From an uncultured Actinomycetota bacterium (GTDB lineage Bacteria; Actinomycetota; Actinomycetes; JACCUZ01), in contig CAWIXB010000001.1 in assembly GCA_963839955.1 (NCBI GenBank), positions 469,629 through 533,628 of the forward strand: 64,000 nt of DNA. Reading direction: 5' to 3'. Shown here in pieces: positions 41,127 to 51,262 of this stretch. The translations under genes and the position numbers were made by a program. Position 1 is the first letter of the stretch; every line of letters starts with the position of its first letter. Below the pieces are notes generated by a model that worked only from the letters and a program-made list of their open reading frames with translations, searched no databases and was not told the origin of the DNA.

Positions 41127-43805
41127 CTACGTGGACGCGGCGTCGACTGCCAGGGAGCTGAAGACGTTGATCGCCGACTGCGTCCTGTTGTGGGACGTGC
41201 TGAAGATGCCTCCGTCCTGCTTCGCGGTCGCTCCGGGAAGCGTCACCGATGGGCCGAACGTCACGTAGTTCACGCCGTCGTAGGAGTACGACGCCGCGTA
41301 CCGGTCACCCGTTCTGGTCAGGGCGACCCACAGCGGCCGGAACGTGTTGACGTTCGCGCCGGCACTCCTGTCGACGTGTCCGTCGCCGTCGCCGTCCCAC
41401 TGGAACACGACGCCGTTGCGGCCGGTCACGGCGACGATCCCGTAGCCGGGCGAGGCACCGGGTTTGGTCATGTCGTTGCGGACCATCACCCCGCTCTTGG
41501 CCCAGCCGTCCGAGTCGTTCAGCGAGTTCACCTGCGCCGAGACCTTGGTGCCCGGCCGCACCGCCCCGCGGCGATAGATCGCACCGAACTCGTCATCGCG
41601 CTGGCCGCCAGCGCCCCACACGTCACTGCCCGCGGCGGCGATCCCGAGATCCTCATGGGACTGCCCGAAGTACGAGCTCGCGGCCGACGCTGCCGTGACC
41701 TTCAAGTGTGGTGCGACACGCGAGTCCCGTGGGCAGGCGGTGAAGCCGAACAGGTTCGCGTTGAGCCTCGTCCGGTACTCGGGTGCAACACCGGAGCTGC
41801 AGATGACCTCCCGGGCGCCGTCCGGCCAAGCCGTCCCGTTGACGCGTACGTTGTCGATCAGCCGGTTCCGGTGCGCCTCCGCATTGGGGGTCTGCGTCGC
41901 GCCGGAGTTGTACCAGTTGCCTTGCAGCAGGTTGTCGCTGGTGTTGTTCCTCATGCTGTAGGCGTTGGTGAAGGTCCACACCCCTGCGCCCTGGAGCACG
42001 TTCTGCCGGTACGTCGTGTACCGGGTGCCCTCGTCGAGGTAGAGGGCGACGCCGGAAATGTTGTACAGGTAGTTGCGCTCCACCACGGTGCCCGGGCTGG
42101 CGGACAGGTTGTAGACCGAGCCACCGTCGGCGAATTGCGCCTTGGTGTGGTGGACCAGGTTGCCGGACACCAGGTTGTCCTTGAGCGTGGTGGGCGTCGT
42201 GTACCGCGGGTGCCAGTTGTAGTAGCCGCGGTCGAGGTAGTCGTCCGAGCCGCCCGCGTCGTTGGTGCCCCACCCGTAGCCGGTGTCGATGCCGTCGTAC
42301 GGCACGTTGGCCACCTCGTTGTGCACGATCTGCACGTTGGTCGCGTAGGTGCTCAGGATCCCGCCGTTGTCCTTGTAGTCCACGGAGACCCGGTTGACGG
42401 TGTTGTCCCTGATGAAGATGTCCTTGTTGGTCATCCGTACGTCGCTCGGGTGATGAGCGTCCTCAAGCACGCCGCCCACCGCGACGCCGTGACCGGCGTC
42501 CTCGGTGAACACGTTGCCGACGACCTTGATGTCCGAGGCACCGAGACCCACACCGGTGAGCGTCGCGTTGACGTCGTTGCCGATGCCGAGAGCGGTCGAC
42601 CCGAGGTTGCGGAAGGTGTTGCGGCTGAACGAGATGTCGCTTGCAGCCGAGACCTGCACGGCAGCCGGTTCCTGGTACCACGTGTCGTACCTGGCCCGCT
42701 CGAACATCTCACAGCCGCGGGAGCAGCTGGTGAACGCGTCGTCGGGCCGGTAGGCGAGGTCGCCTTTGATGTAGAAGCCGTTCTGCTGGTTGGCGTACCC
42801 GGAGGTCGAGGGCTCCAGCCACGATGTCCCGGTGAACTCGATCCCGCTGAAGGACAGCCCCGACACCGGCTTGTCGTAAGTTCCACCGACGCTCACGAGG
42901 GTCTCGAGCCGAGGCAGCTCGACATCGAGGCGGTTCGGGTCAACCCCGTCGGCGGGCTTGTAGTAGACCTTGCCGGCCGTCGGGTCGAGGTACCACTCTC
43001 CGGCGTCGTCCAGGAAGCTGCGCGAGTTCTCCAGGTACCACGTCGGTCCGGCGAGGAACGAGCGCTGGACGGTGTCCCAGCCCCAGGTGTTGTTGTCCCA
43101 GGCCGGCTGGGCCATGGTGATCAGCGTCGGGCTGATGCTCTCGACCGGGGAATAACGGTCGGTGAAGTCGCCGAGCGACCGGAACTCGATCCGCTGCTGG
43201 TCGGGCAGGTCCGCGAGGGAGGCCAGGTCAGGGTTCTCGATCTCGAGGCCGGTCGGTGTCACCGTGACGTCGTCGTTCGGCAGCCGCATCGCCGCCCGGG
43301 GCGCGATGACCCCGTTGACGTACAGCTGTCTCGAGTCCACACCGGTGGGCGTGTCGGCCATGTAGACGTTGGCGTCGGCGTCGTGGATGGTCCAGCCCGT
43401 GACCGGGCTGGCGCCCGAGATGACCGGCTCGGCCCGCGGGGCGGCCCGCCACGACACTGTGTGGCCGTCGCGGCCGCCGTCCTGCGCGCGGAACTCGAGC
43501 GGGTCGGAGACGCGGTAGACGCCGTCGGCCAGCTCGACGGTGACGTCGCCCTTGCCCTTGGCGTTCTCGGCACGGACCACCTTCTGGGCCCGGTCGAGGC
43601 TGCACGGCCGGCGCACGTCACAGCTGCCGGCGTCGCGGCCCTGCGGCGCTACGTGAAAGATCCGGGCCTTGTCCGGCGGCGGCGCCGCGGAGGCGGGGAC
43701 CGGGACGAGCATCGACGCGAGCAGTGTCACCGCGCCCACGGAGGCCAGCCCCAGAACCGTCTCACCCCGCTTTCCGGGTGAGTACTCCCGTGTGCGTGAC
43801 GTCAT
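41127..43805 (-). CDS. Secreted right-handed parallel beta-helix enzyme (GH141-like glycoside hydrolase) with C-terminal beta-sandwich domain
   Basis: Signal peptide ending ASA; HVAPQGRD-G, RQLYVNG, YLENS..LD..GEWYLD, Asn-ladder repeats, ADGGSVY, LYLDEG; C-terminal WAKSGVMVR module. Confidence 0.7.
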   Translation of the reverse strand: MTSRTREYSPGKRGETVLGLASVGAVTLLASMLVPVPASAAPPPDKARIFHVAPQGRDAGSCDVRRPCSLDRAQKVVRAENAKGKGDVTVELADGVYRVSDPLEFRAQDGGRDGHTVSWRAAPRAEPVISGASPVTGWTIHDADANVYMADTPTGVDSRQLYVNGVIAPRAAMRLPNDDVTVTPTGLEIENPDLASLADLPDQQRIEFRSLGDFTDRYSPVESISPTLITMAQPAWDNNTWGWDTVQRSFLAGPTWYLENSRSFLDDAGEWYLDPTAGKVYYKPADGVDPNRLDVELPRLETLVSVGGTYDKPVSGLSFSGIEFTGTSWLEPSTSGYANQQNGFYIKGDLAYRPDDAFTSCSRGCEMFERARYDTWYQEPAAVQVSAASDISFSRNTFRNLGSTALGIGNDVNATLTGVGLGASDIKVVGNVFTEDAGHGVAVGGVLEDAHHPSDVRMTNKDIFIRDNTVNRVSVDYKDNGGILSTYATNVQIVHNEVANVPYDGIDTGYGWGTNDAGGSDDYLDRGYYNWHPRYTTPTTLKDNLVSGNLVHHTKAQFADGGSVYNLSASPGTVVERNYLYNISGVALYLDEGTRYTTYRQNVLQGAGVWTFTNAYSMRNNTSDNLLQGNWYNSGATQTPNAEAHRNRLIDNVRVNGTAWPDGAREVICSSGVAPEYRTRLNANLFGFTACPRDSRVAPHLKVTAASAASSYFGQSHEDLGIAAAGSDVWGAGGQRDDEFGAIYRRGAVRPGTKVSAQVNSLNDSDGWAKSGVMVRNDMTKPGASPGYGIVAVTGRNGVVFQWDGDGDGHVDRSAGANVNTFRPLWVALTRTGDRYAASYSYDGVNYVTFGPSVTLPGATAKQDGGIFSTSHNRTQSAINVFSSLAVDAAST

Positions 43806-43865
43806 GTCTGATCGCTTTCGTGAGAGCCGAAGGGGGCGCAGCCCCGCTGACGCGACTCAGATAAG

Positions 43866-43880
43866 CATACGTATGACGTT
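43866..43880 (-). promoter_or_regulatory. Candidate FadR-type operator 1 (AACGTCATACGTATG) overlapping -10 TATGCT
   Basis: Contains the palindrome CATACGTATG; 13/15 identical to 47919-47933. Confidence 0.55.
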
Positions 43881-43930
43881 CTAACAAGAGGTGGTTCCGC
43901 CCGGAATGGGCCTTTCGCACGCGTGGGACG

Positions 43931-44710
43931 TCAGCGGTCGCGCTTCGTGCCGCGGTGGTCCGCGGGGCGGCGACGCTTCCAGGCGTCGGTGATGTGCGTG
44001 CGCATCGCTTCCTCGGCCGCATCCGGGTCGCCGGCGTCGATTGCGCCGAAGATCCGCTCATGCTCCACCAGCGTCACTTCATGGAGCGACTGCGGAACCA
44101 CTACGCCGTGGTACCGCGAGCTCTGCCGTGCCTTCTCGAACAGCACTCGGGTGATGCTCTCGGCGAGCCGGTTTCCCGAGACCGCCATGACGGTCTCGTG
44201 GAACGCCACGTCGGCGGCGTTGAACTCGGGGGTGTCGTGGACCGAGGAGCGCATCCTGTCGAGCGCGGCCCGGAGCACGTCGTTTTCGACGGGCGTGCGC
44301 ACGCGTGCCGTCTCACCCGCCATCGCGGCTTCCAGCCTGGCCCTGACGACGGTCAGCTCGTCGAGCACGCCCAGGGTCTCGTCGTGCGCGATGAGAGCAC
44401 TCAGGACGACGCGGTCCATCATGTTCCAGGCGCGGGTCGGCTGCACGACCGTTCCGCGGCCCTGTCCGACCGTCACCAGGCCCTTCTCCTCGAGGCGCTT
44501 GACGGACTCCCGGAGCACCGTGCGGCTGACGCCGAACTGCTGACTTAGGGGGAGCTCCGGAGGCAGGGAGTCGCCGGGGGGGATCTCGCCCGACACGATG
44601 ACGTTGACCAACGCCTCGACGACCGCGACGCCCAGTCGCTGCGCCGGCACGCGGTCGGGGATGGACAGGATCCGGGGCATCCCTCTGCCCGGGCTGGCCC
44701 CGCTCGTCAT
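43931..44710 (-). CDS. GntR/FadR-family regulator (wHTH + FCD)
   Basis: LPPE..LSQQFGVSRTVLRE, GRGTVV, R..LE, ADVAFHE, EH..I..AI; TATACT 7 nt before ATG 44710. Confidence 0.9.
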   Translation of the reverse strand: MTSGASPGRGMPRILSIPDRVPAQRLGVAVVEALVNVIVSGEIPPGDSLPPELPLSQQFGVSRTVLRESVKRLEEKGLVTVGQGRGTVVQPTRAWNMMDRVVLSALIAHDETLGVLDELTVVRARLEAAMAGETARVRTPVENDVLRAALDRMRSSVHDTPEFNAADVAFHETVMAVSGNRLAESITRVLFEKARQSSRYHGVVVPQSLHEVTLVEHERIFGAIDAGDPDAAEEAMRTHITDAWKRRRPADHRGTKRDR

Positions 44711-44847
44711 GGGCAGCAGTATAGGCATCGGTCATCGAACCTAGGAGGTGTGATGTATGTTGTTTCCAGACGTCATCATCGACCGTGCCGGACGTCGTCA
44801 ACGACCGCGACTGCGTCGGGCGAGCGGCCGAAGGACTAGGGACACCT

Positions 44848-46020
44848 ATGAAGATCAGCGGACTGCGCACCCTGACCAGCCTCCAGGACTGGGGGAGGCC
44901 GGTGGGCGACGTCAACGGAGTCATCCGGGACGGCGTCACCGAGGTGCCCCTCCTGGTCGTCGAGACGGACGGAGGCCTCGAGGGGGTAGGGATCGGCTCG
45001 CACGCCGACGTGGAGCGGCTCTTCCCGGCGATCGAGGGGCAGGACCCCCGTGCCACCGGCGCGCTGTACGACAGGATGCTCGCGCACGTGTTCAAGAGCG
45101 GGCACAGCGGTGCGACGTTCGGCGGCGTCGGCGCTCTGGACATGGCCCTGTGGGACCTCAAGGCCAAGATGGCGGAGGAGCCCCTGTGGCGGACTCTCGG
45201 CGCTGCGGACCGCTTCGTGCCCGGCTACGCGTCGGCGCTGGAGATCGCGATCGAGGACGACCGCCTCGAGGATCTCTACGCCGGGTGGGTCGCCCGTGGC
45301 TTCACCAGCGTCAAGCTCAAGGGTGGACGTGACCTCGCGCGGGACCTGGCGCGGCTCACCATTGCCCGGGACATCTTCAGCGCGAACACGCCCCGGCCGG
45401 CCCTGATGCTGGACGCCAACGAGTCGTGGAACCGCAAGCAGGCCATCCGGCACATCGCCGCGCTCGAAGAGGAGATCGACCTCGTCTGGGTCGAGGAGCC
45501 GCTGCGCCGTTGGGACGCCGAGGGCATGGCGATGATCAGTCGGTCGGTGCGCGCGGCCGTGGCCACGGGGGAGAACCTCACGGGTCTCGAGCAGTTCAAG
45601 CCGCTTCTCGACGCCGGGGCGGTCGACATCGTCCAGACGGGCAGCATGTGGGGCATCACCAACTTCCTCCGCGTCGCCACCGTGGCCCACAGCCGCGACC
45701 TGCCGGTCAGCCCCGTCGGTTCCGCGGCGAGCCCCGTCTGGCACGCCGCAGCGGCGGTCCCGAACCACCTCGCCCTCGAGCTGCAGGATCTCGGGTCGCC
45801 GATCGGCGTGAGCACGGCCCACGAGATCGTCGACGGCGGCGTCGTCCTGAGCGAGGATCCCGGGCACGGCCTGTCGCTCGACGAGGCGCTGATAGCGCAA
45901 ACCCACGTGGACCAGGGCTGGGCGTCGTCCGCGGGTCCCCACGTGCGGCCCCCTCGGGCCGGGCTGAGCCTCGTGTCCGACGAGCCGGTACGCGGACGCC
46001 TTACCGAGGCGGGTCCATGA
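44848..46020 (+). CDS. Mandelate racemase-like enolase-superfamily enzyme (acid-sugar dehydratase)
   Basis: ALDMALWDLKAK, KLK, LMLDANESW, WVEEP, ATGENL. Confidence 0.83.
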   Translation: MKISGLRTLTSLQDWGRPVGDVNGVIRDGVTEVPLLVVETDGGLEGVGIGSHADVERLFPAIEGQDPRATGALYDRMLAHVFKSGHSGATFGGVGALDMALWDLKAKMAEEPLWRTLGAADRFVPGYASALEIAIEDDRLEDLYAGWVARGFTSVKLKGGRDLARDLARLTIARDIFSANTPRPALMLDANESWNRKQAIRHIAALEEEIDLVWVEEPLRRWDAEGMAMISRSVRAAVATGENLTGLEQFKPLLDAGAVDIVQTGSMWGITNFLRVATVAHSRDLPVSPVGSAASPVWHAAAAVPNHLALELQDLGSPIGVSTAHEIVDGGVVLSEDPGHGLSLDEALIAQTHVDQGWASSAGPHVRPPRAGLSLVSDEPVRGRLTEAGP

Positions 46021-46048
46021 GCGCTGCGGCACCCCCGCACGGGCACCG

Positions 46049-46807
46049 TCAGCGCCCCAGCCAGCCTCCGTCGACGGGCAGAACGACCCCGTGCACATAG
46101 TCCGAAGCCGGCGACGCGAGGAAGACCGCCGCCCCTCCGATGTCTGACCCGTGGCCCCAACGGCCGGCGGGAATGCGTCCGAGGATCGCGCTCGAGCGCG
46201 CCGGGTCGGCACGCAGGGCGGCGGTGTTGTCGGTGTCGATGTAGCCCGGCGCGATGGCGTTGACGTTGACCTCTCGCGCGGCCCACTCGTTCGCCAGGGC
46301 CTTGGTCAGCCCCGCGACACCTGACTTCGACGTCGTGTAGGCCGCGACGTTGATGCCTCCCTGGAAGCTGAGCAGGCTGGCGGTGAAGATCACCTTCCCG
46401 CTGCCGCGCTCGAGCATCGGACGGGCGACGAGCCGGGTGAGCACGAACTGGCTCGACAGGTTCACTTCGAGCACCCGGTCCCAGCTGTGCAGCGGGTGAT
46501 CCGCTGCCGGAGAACGCTCGATGGTCCCCGCGTTGTTGACCAGGATGTCCGGTGCGCGTGAGGCCAGCTCCTCGCCGAGCCCCTGAACGGCTCCCCGGTC
46601 GGCGAAGTCGACCGCGCGTGCCTCGAAGCTGCGACCGTGCTGCCTCACCGTCTGCTCGACGGCACTGCCGCTGGACGGCAGGGTCGCACTGACACCGAGG
46701 ATGTCTGCGCCGGCCCGCGCCAGCGACTCGGCTATCGCGAAGCCGATCCCGCGGCTGGCCCCGGTGACGACGGCCAGGCGTCCGGTGAGGTCGAACGGGT
46801 TGCTCAT
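46049..46807 (-). CDS. SDR oxidoreductase, KduD-like 2-keto-3-deoxy sugar-acid dehydrogenase
   Basis: TGASRGIG, NNAG, ASLLSFQGG, YTTSK, IAPGY..T.NT, RIPAGRWG, VDGGWL. Confidence 0.85.
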   Translation of the reverse strand: MSNPFDLTGRLAVVTGASRGIGFAIAESLARAGADILGVSATLPSSGSAVEQTVRQHGRSFEARAVDFADRGAVQGLGEELASRAPDILVNNAGTIERSPAADHPLHSWDRVLEVNLSSQFVLTRLVARPMLERGSGKVIFTASLLSFQGGINVAAYTTSKSGVAGLTKALANEWAAREVNVNAIAPGYIDTDNTAALRADPARSSAILGRIPAGRWGHGSDIGGAAVFLASPASDYVHGVVLPVDGGWLGR

Positions 46808-47846
46808 GCCGGGACCTCGTCCACCCGACCCGCCTGCACGTCGACCAGGATCTTCATCGCGCGCCCGCCCTGCAGCTCGTCGAGGGCCGCGCCGACCTGC
46901 CCGAGGGGGGCCACGCGAGTGATGAGGGCATCGGCCGGGACCGCACCGCTCGCCACCAGGTCCACCGCGGTCTCGAAGTCATGGCGCTCGTACACGCGGG
47001 CGCCCACGACCGTGAGCTCCCGCCAGAAGACCCGATGCAGGTTCACCGGCCGTGGTTGCGCATGGATGGCCACGACCACGACCGTGCCGCGCACCTTCGC
47101 CAGGGATGTGGACAGGGCCACCGCCGCTGCCGCGCCGGACACCTCGAACACCACGTCGGCACCGGCGGCCCGGGTCCACTCCTCGACCCACGCCACCAGG
47201 TCGGTCGCGGCCGGGTCCGGAGCCAGGACCCCGAGCCTCTCAACCATGGCGCGGCGTCTGTCGTCGGGCTCGACCACGGCGACCTCGGCTCCGTGTCGGC
47301 TCGCCACCCCGGCGATGAGCGTGCCGATCGGTCCGCCGCCAAGCACGACCACCCTGTCCCCGGCGCAGACGCCACCGCGCCGGACGTCGTGCACGGCGAC
47401 CGCCACCGGCTCGATGAGCGCGCGTGCCGGAGGTCGATGCCTGAGGGGAGCCGGACCAGCGTCGAGGCCGGCACGTTCCACAGCGCCTGCAGGGCGCCGG
47501 GTGAGTCGATGCCGACGAAGATGAGGTTCTGGCAGACGTGGGTGTTGCCGGCGAGGCAGGCCGGGCATGTCTCGTCCCACTGCAGCGGCATCACCGTGAC
47601 GCCTTCGCCCGGCGACCACCCGGTCACGCCCTCTCCCACCGCCGCGACCGTCCCGCTCATCTCGTGGCCGAACACCAGGGGTGTGGTCACCCGGGTGTCC
47701 ATGTCGCCGTGCGCCAAGTGCAGGTCGGTGCCGCAGAGCCCCACGTAGGCCACGCGCACCTGGACCTCGCCGGGCGAGGGGGCCGCGGCTGGCGCCGTCT
47801 CGACCAGGTCCACTCTTCGGTTGCCTAGGTACGCAGCACTGAGCAC
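46804..47846 (-). pseudogene. Zn-dependent (MDR) sugar/sugar-acid dehydrogenase, split by a 1-nt frameshift near 47420
   Basis: N-half (GLCGTDLH, GHEMSG, C-x2-C-x7-C) is in ORF 47043-47912. C-half (ALIEPVAVAVHD, GGGPIG, FEVSG, MKILV) is in ORF 46804-47919. Confidence 0.78.
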
Positions 47847-47918
47847 GGCTTCTCCATCGACGGGGTCGGGTCGGGGATCGGTGACGATCTGGGCGGCAGA
47901 GTACCCCGCCATTGATCA

Positions 47919-47933
47919 AACGTCACATGTATG
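47919..47933 (+). promoter_or_regulatory. Candidate FadR-type operator 2 (AACGTCACATGTATG) overlapping -10 TATGAT
   Basis: Near-identical to the reverse complement of 43866-43880; lies between the divergent dehydrogenase and ABC operons. Confidence 0.55.
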
Positions 47934-48003
47934 ATCTACTGCCGTCGCCACGTTCCGCCTGAGACGTGCTTCGCATGTTCTCCGAGGAAGAAGGACACGA
48001 CAG

Positions 48004-49383
48004 ATGACCAGACTGCGCCGTCGTGCCGGGCTGACCAGGTCCCGGCGGCTCACAGTGGTGACGGCGGTCGCGGCGACGCTCGTCACCCTCACCGCCTGCT
48101 CCGCCGGCGTCCCGGACAAGAGCGGCGACGAGAGCTCGGACTCGCCGTTCGGCTTCGACACGGAGAAGCAGGACCCCAAGGCTCCCATCACCGTCTGGGT
48201 CGACGCCTCCCGCGAGCCGGCGGCACAGGCGTTCGTCAAGGCGCACCCTGACGTGAAGATCAAGATCGAGACCTACGACGGTGGCGCGGACGGCTCCGGT
48301 TCGTTCCAGACGAAGGTCGAAGCCTTCAACCAGGCAGGCCGTGGCTGGCCCGACGTGGTCTTCTCCACCCAGAACAACGACGCCGCGTGGGCGAGCCAGG
48401 GCAGCGAGCCGTTCGCCGCACCGCTCGACAAGGGCTACCTGGACACATCGTTCCTCGACGGGTTCACTCCGGGCGCTCTCGCGCCAGTGACCGTCGATGA
48501 GACCCTTTACGGCCTGCGCAACGACCTCGCGCCCACGGTCACCTGGTACGACCAGAGCCTCATGGAGAAGTTCGGGTACACGGTGCCGACCACATGGGAG
48601 GAGTACGAAGCCCTCGGGAAAAAGGTCGCCAGCGAGCACCCTGGCTACATCGTCGGTGACATCGGCGACAGCTTCGCCGAGGAGGTCTACTTCTGGGGAG
48701 CCAAGGCGCCCATCAACACGGTGCAGGGAACCGACACCTTCAGCTCCGACACGTCCGACCCGAGGTCGGTGAAGATGGCGAAGATGCTCGACAACCTCCT
48801 CGAGGCGGGGGTTCTGGCTCAGGACAGCGTGTTCAGCCCGGACTTCGTGCAGAAGTACACCGGCAAGGTGCTCATGATGCCCGGTCCGGTTTGGTACTCG
48901 GGGGCGCTGTTCGCCAACAAGGACTCTCTCAACGCCAAGCCGGGGACGATCGCCGCGGGTCCGCCACTCGGCTGGAAGGGCGAGGAGGCCGTGGCCGGCA
49001 ACGTCGGCGGCGGCACCTGGTTCGTCTCGCGCCACTCCGCCAATCTCGAAGCTGCGAAAGCGGTCGTCGAGTTCGTGACGAGCGACGACCGGTACCAGGT
49101 CGACCTGGCGCCAGGGCTGCCCGCCTACGCGTCCGCGGCCGACAAGTGGCTGGCCAACCAGGAGAAGCAGGGCTTCTTCACCGGTGACTTCGCCCAGGCT
49201 GTCTCGGCCGCGGCCTCCCAGATCTGGGATGGCTGGGGCTACCCCCGGTTCAGCCAGGAGGCTGTCTGGGCGAAGACCGTGACGCCGAAGCTCGCCGCGG
49301 GCAAGAGCCTCACATCGCTCCTGCCCACCTGGGAGAAGGCGATCAAGAACGAGGCTGAGGTAAACGGCTACACGGTCGAGTGA
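48004..49383 (+). CDS. Carbohydrate ABC transporter substrate-binding lipoprotein
   Basis: Arg-rich signal with lipobox LTAC; PDV, LYGL, VPTTWEEY, GNVGGGTW. Confidence 0.88.
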   Translation: MTRLRRRAGLTRSRRLTVVTAVAATLVTLTACSAGVPDKSGDESSDSPFGFDTEKQDPKAPITVWVDASREPAAQAFVKAHPDVKIKIETYDGGADGSGSFQTKVEAFNQAGRGWPDVVFSTQNNDAAWASQGSEPFAAPLDKGYLDTSFLDGFTPGALAPVTVDETLYGLRNDLAPTVTWYDQSLMEKFGYTVPTTWEEYEALGKKVASEHPGYIVGDIGDSFAEEVYFWGAKAPINTVQGTDTFSSDTSDPRSVKMAKMLDNLLEAGVLAQDSVFSPDFVQKYTGKVLMMPGPVWYSGALFANKDSLNAKPGTIAAGPPLGWKGEEAVAGNVGGGTWFVSRHSANLEAAKAVVEFVTSDDRYQVDLAPGLPAYASAADKWLANQEKQGFFTGDFAQAVSAAASQIWDGWGYPRFSQEAVWAKTVTPKLAAGKSLTSLLPTWEKAIKNEAEVNGYTVE

Positions 49384-50324
49384 TGCTCTCGACTGCCGAA
49401 AAGAGCCCCGCCGTCGCCGACCCCGTCCAGCGGGGTCGGCAGCGGCGGAATGGCACGGTGGCCGGCCGGTCGGCCAAGGCCTCCTACGTCTTCGTCTCCG
49501 GCTACGTGCTGCTCGCCCTCGCATTCGGCGTGCTGCCCACCTTGTACGCGCTCAACATGTCGGTGCTCGACACCGAGGGCAACTTCACCGGGCTCGGGAA
49601 CTTCACAAAGGTCGTGCAGGACTTCCGGTTCGTCCCTGCCGCGCTGCACGTCAGTGCCTTCCTCGCAGTCTGGTTGGTGTCCCTGCTGGTGCTCGTGACC
49701 CTTCTCGCCCTGATCGTGCACGGCATGAGCCGGCGGTGGCTGAGCTCGGGAGTCCGGTTCATCTACTACATCCCCGGCGCGCTTGCCGGCGCCTCGTCGG
49801 TGGTCCTGTGGCTCTTCGTCCTCAATCCCACCGTCAGCCCCGTGTCGGCCGTGCTGCACGCGTTCGGACTGCAGACGTTCATCCAGACCGTCTCGCCCGG
49901 CAACCTTCCGGTGGTCTTCGCGATCATCGCGTTCTGGACGGGCGCCGGCGGCTGGATCGTGGTCATGTACGGCGCGCTCAACAGCATCCCGCACGAGGTC
50001 CTGGAGGCGGCGCGGATGGACGGCGCGGGGGTCGTGCGCACGGCCGTGCACATCCAGCTGCCGATGCTGCGCAAGTGGATCGCGTACATGGCGATCATCT
50101 CGCTCGCAGCAGGCACCCAGCTCTTTGTTGAGCCGAAGGTGCTCTCGCAGGCCAGCCATGCCGTCGTCCCCGTCGACTACTCCCTCAACCAGCTGGCGTA
50201 TTTGTACGCGTTCAAGCAGCAGGACCTCGGAGGTTCCGCCGCAATCGCCGTCATGCTGCTCGTCGTGTCCCTGGGGCTCAGCGCGTTCTTCGTCGTCCAC
50301 GGGGGACTCTTTGACCGCGACTGA
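49383..50324 (+). CDS. Carbohydrate ABC transporter permease
   Basis: FTGLGNF, EAA loop (LEAARMDGA), about 6 TM segments. Confidence 0.88.
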   Translation: MLSTAEKSPAVADPVQRGRQRRNGTVAGRSAKASYVFVSGYVLLALAFGVLPTLYALNMSVLDTEGNFTGLGNFTKVVQDFRFVPAALHVSAFLAVWLVSLLVLVTLLALIVHGMSRRWLSSGVRFIYYIPGALAGASSVVLWLFVLNPTVSPVSAVLHAFGLQTFIQTVSPGNLPVVFAIIAFWTGAGGWIVVMYGALNSIPHEVLEAARMDGAGVVRTAVHIQLPMLRKWIAYMAIISLAAGTQLFVEPKVLSQASHAVVPVDYSLNQLAYLYAFKQQDLGGSAAIAVMLLVVSLGLSAFFVVHGGLFDRD

Positions 50325-51213
50325 CACCGGAGCCAAGTACCAGCTGACTCCCGGGGCCTGGCTGGGACGGGCGACGATCGTGGTCGTTGCCGTCTTCTTC
50401 GTCGCGTTCTTCGCGCTGCCGATCATCTGGCTGCTCATCGCGAGCGGGAAGTCCCCGCACGCACTCGTCACGACCGGACCCTTCGAGCTGGGAACCTTCA
50501 GCGACCTCGGTGCGAACTGGTCTGCCCTCGTCGACTTCCAGGATGGCGTCATCTTCCGCTGGCTCGGCAACTCCGCCTACTACTCGCTCGCCGCGCTCGT
50601 CATCACCCTGGTGACCACGATCCCCGCGGGCTACGCCCTCGCCCTCGGGGAGTTCCGCGGTCGGAAGATCCTGTTGACGACGACCTTGGTCGTCATGCTC
50701 ATCCCCAACACCGCGCTGGTGCTGCCCATCTTCCTCGAGCTGTCCGCCGTCGACCTGACCGGCAAGCCGCTCGCGGCGATCCTGCCCTTCTCGTTCCACC
50801 CGTTCGGCGTGTACCTGACCTACATCTACTTCTCGACGGCCGTGTCCCGCGATCTGCTGGCCGCCGCTCGGATCGACGGCTGCGGTGAGGTCGCCGTCTT
50901 CCTGAGGATCGCGATGCCGCTCGCCCGTCCGGTGATCGCCCTGGTGGCCTTCTTCAGCTTCGTCGCGAACTGGAACAACTTCTTCCTGCCGTTCCTCACC
51001 GTCCCGGGGCCGGGCGCGCCTGTGCAGGTGGGACTGACCGAGCTGTTGTCGAATGTTCCCGCATTCAACCCGACCGCGGCAGGTGTCACGTCGATCCAGC
51101 TGCCCACGCTCGCGCTGGCGACGCTCCTTGCGATCACTCCGGTGCTCCTGGTCTTCCTGTTCTCCCAGCGCTACCTGGTCGCGGGGCTGACGGCAGGGGG
51201 GACCAAGGAGTGA
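50311..51213 (+). CDS. Carbohydrate ABC transporter permease
   Basis: TTG start overlapping the previous gene; LGNS, AGYALA, AARIDG, F..NWNNFFLP, QRYLVAGL..G.K. Confidence 0.88.
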   Translation: MTATDTGAKYQLTPGAWLGRATIVVVAVFFVAFFALPIIWLLIASGKSPHALVTTGPFELGTFSDLGANWSALVDFQDGVIFRWLGNSAYYSLAALVITLVTTIPAGYALALGEFRGRKILLTTTLVVMLIPNTALVLPIFLELSAVDLTGKPLAAILPFSFHPFGVYLTYIYFSTAVSRDLLAAARIDGCGEVAVFLRIAMPLARPVIALVAFFSFVANWNNFFLPFLTVPGPGAPVQVGLTELLSNVPAFNPTAAGVTSIQLPTLALATLLAITPVLLVFLFSQRYLVAGLTAGGTKE

Positions 51214-51262
51214 CCGCGCCCTCCCGTCGGCCCAGGGGTTGACGTCGGGGGAGGATGGCGCG

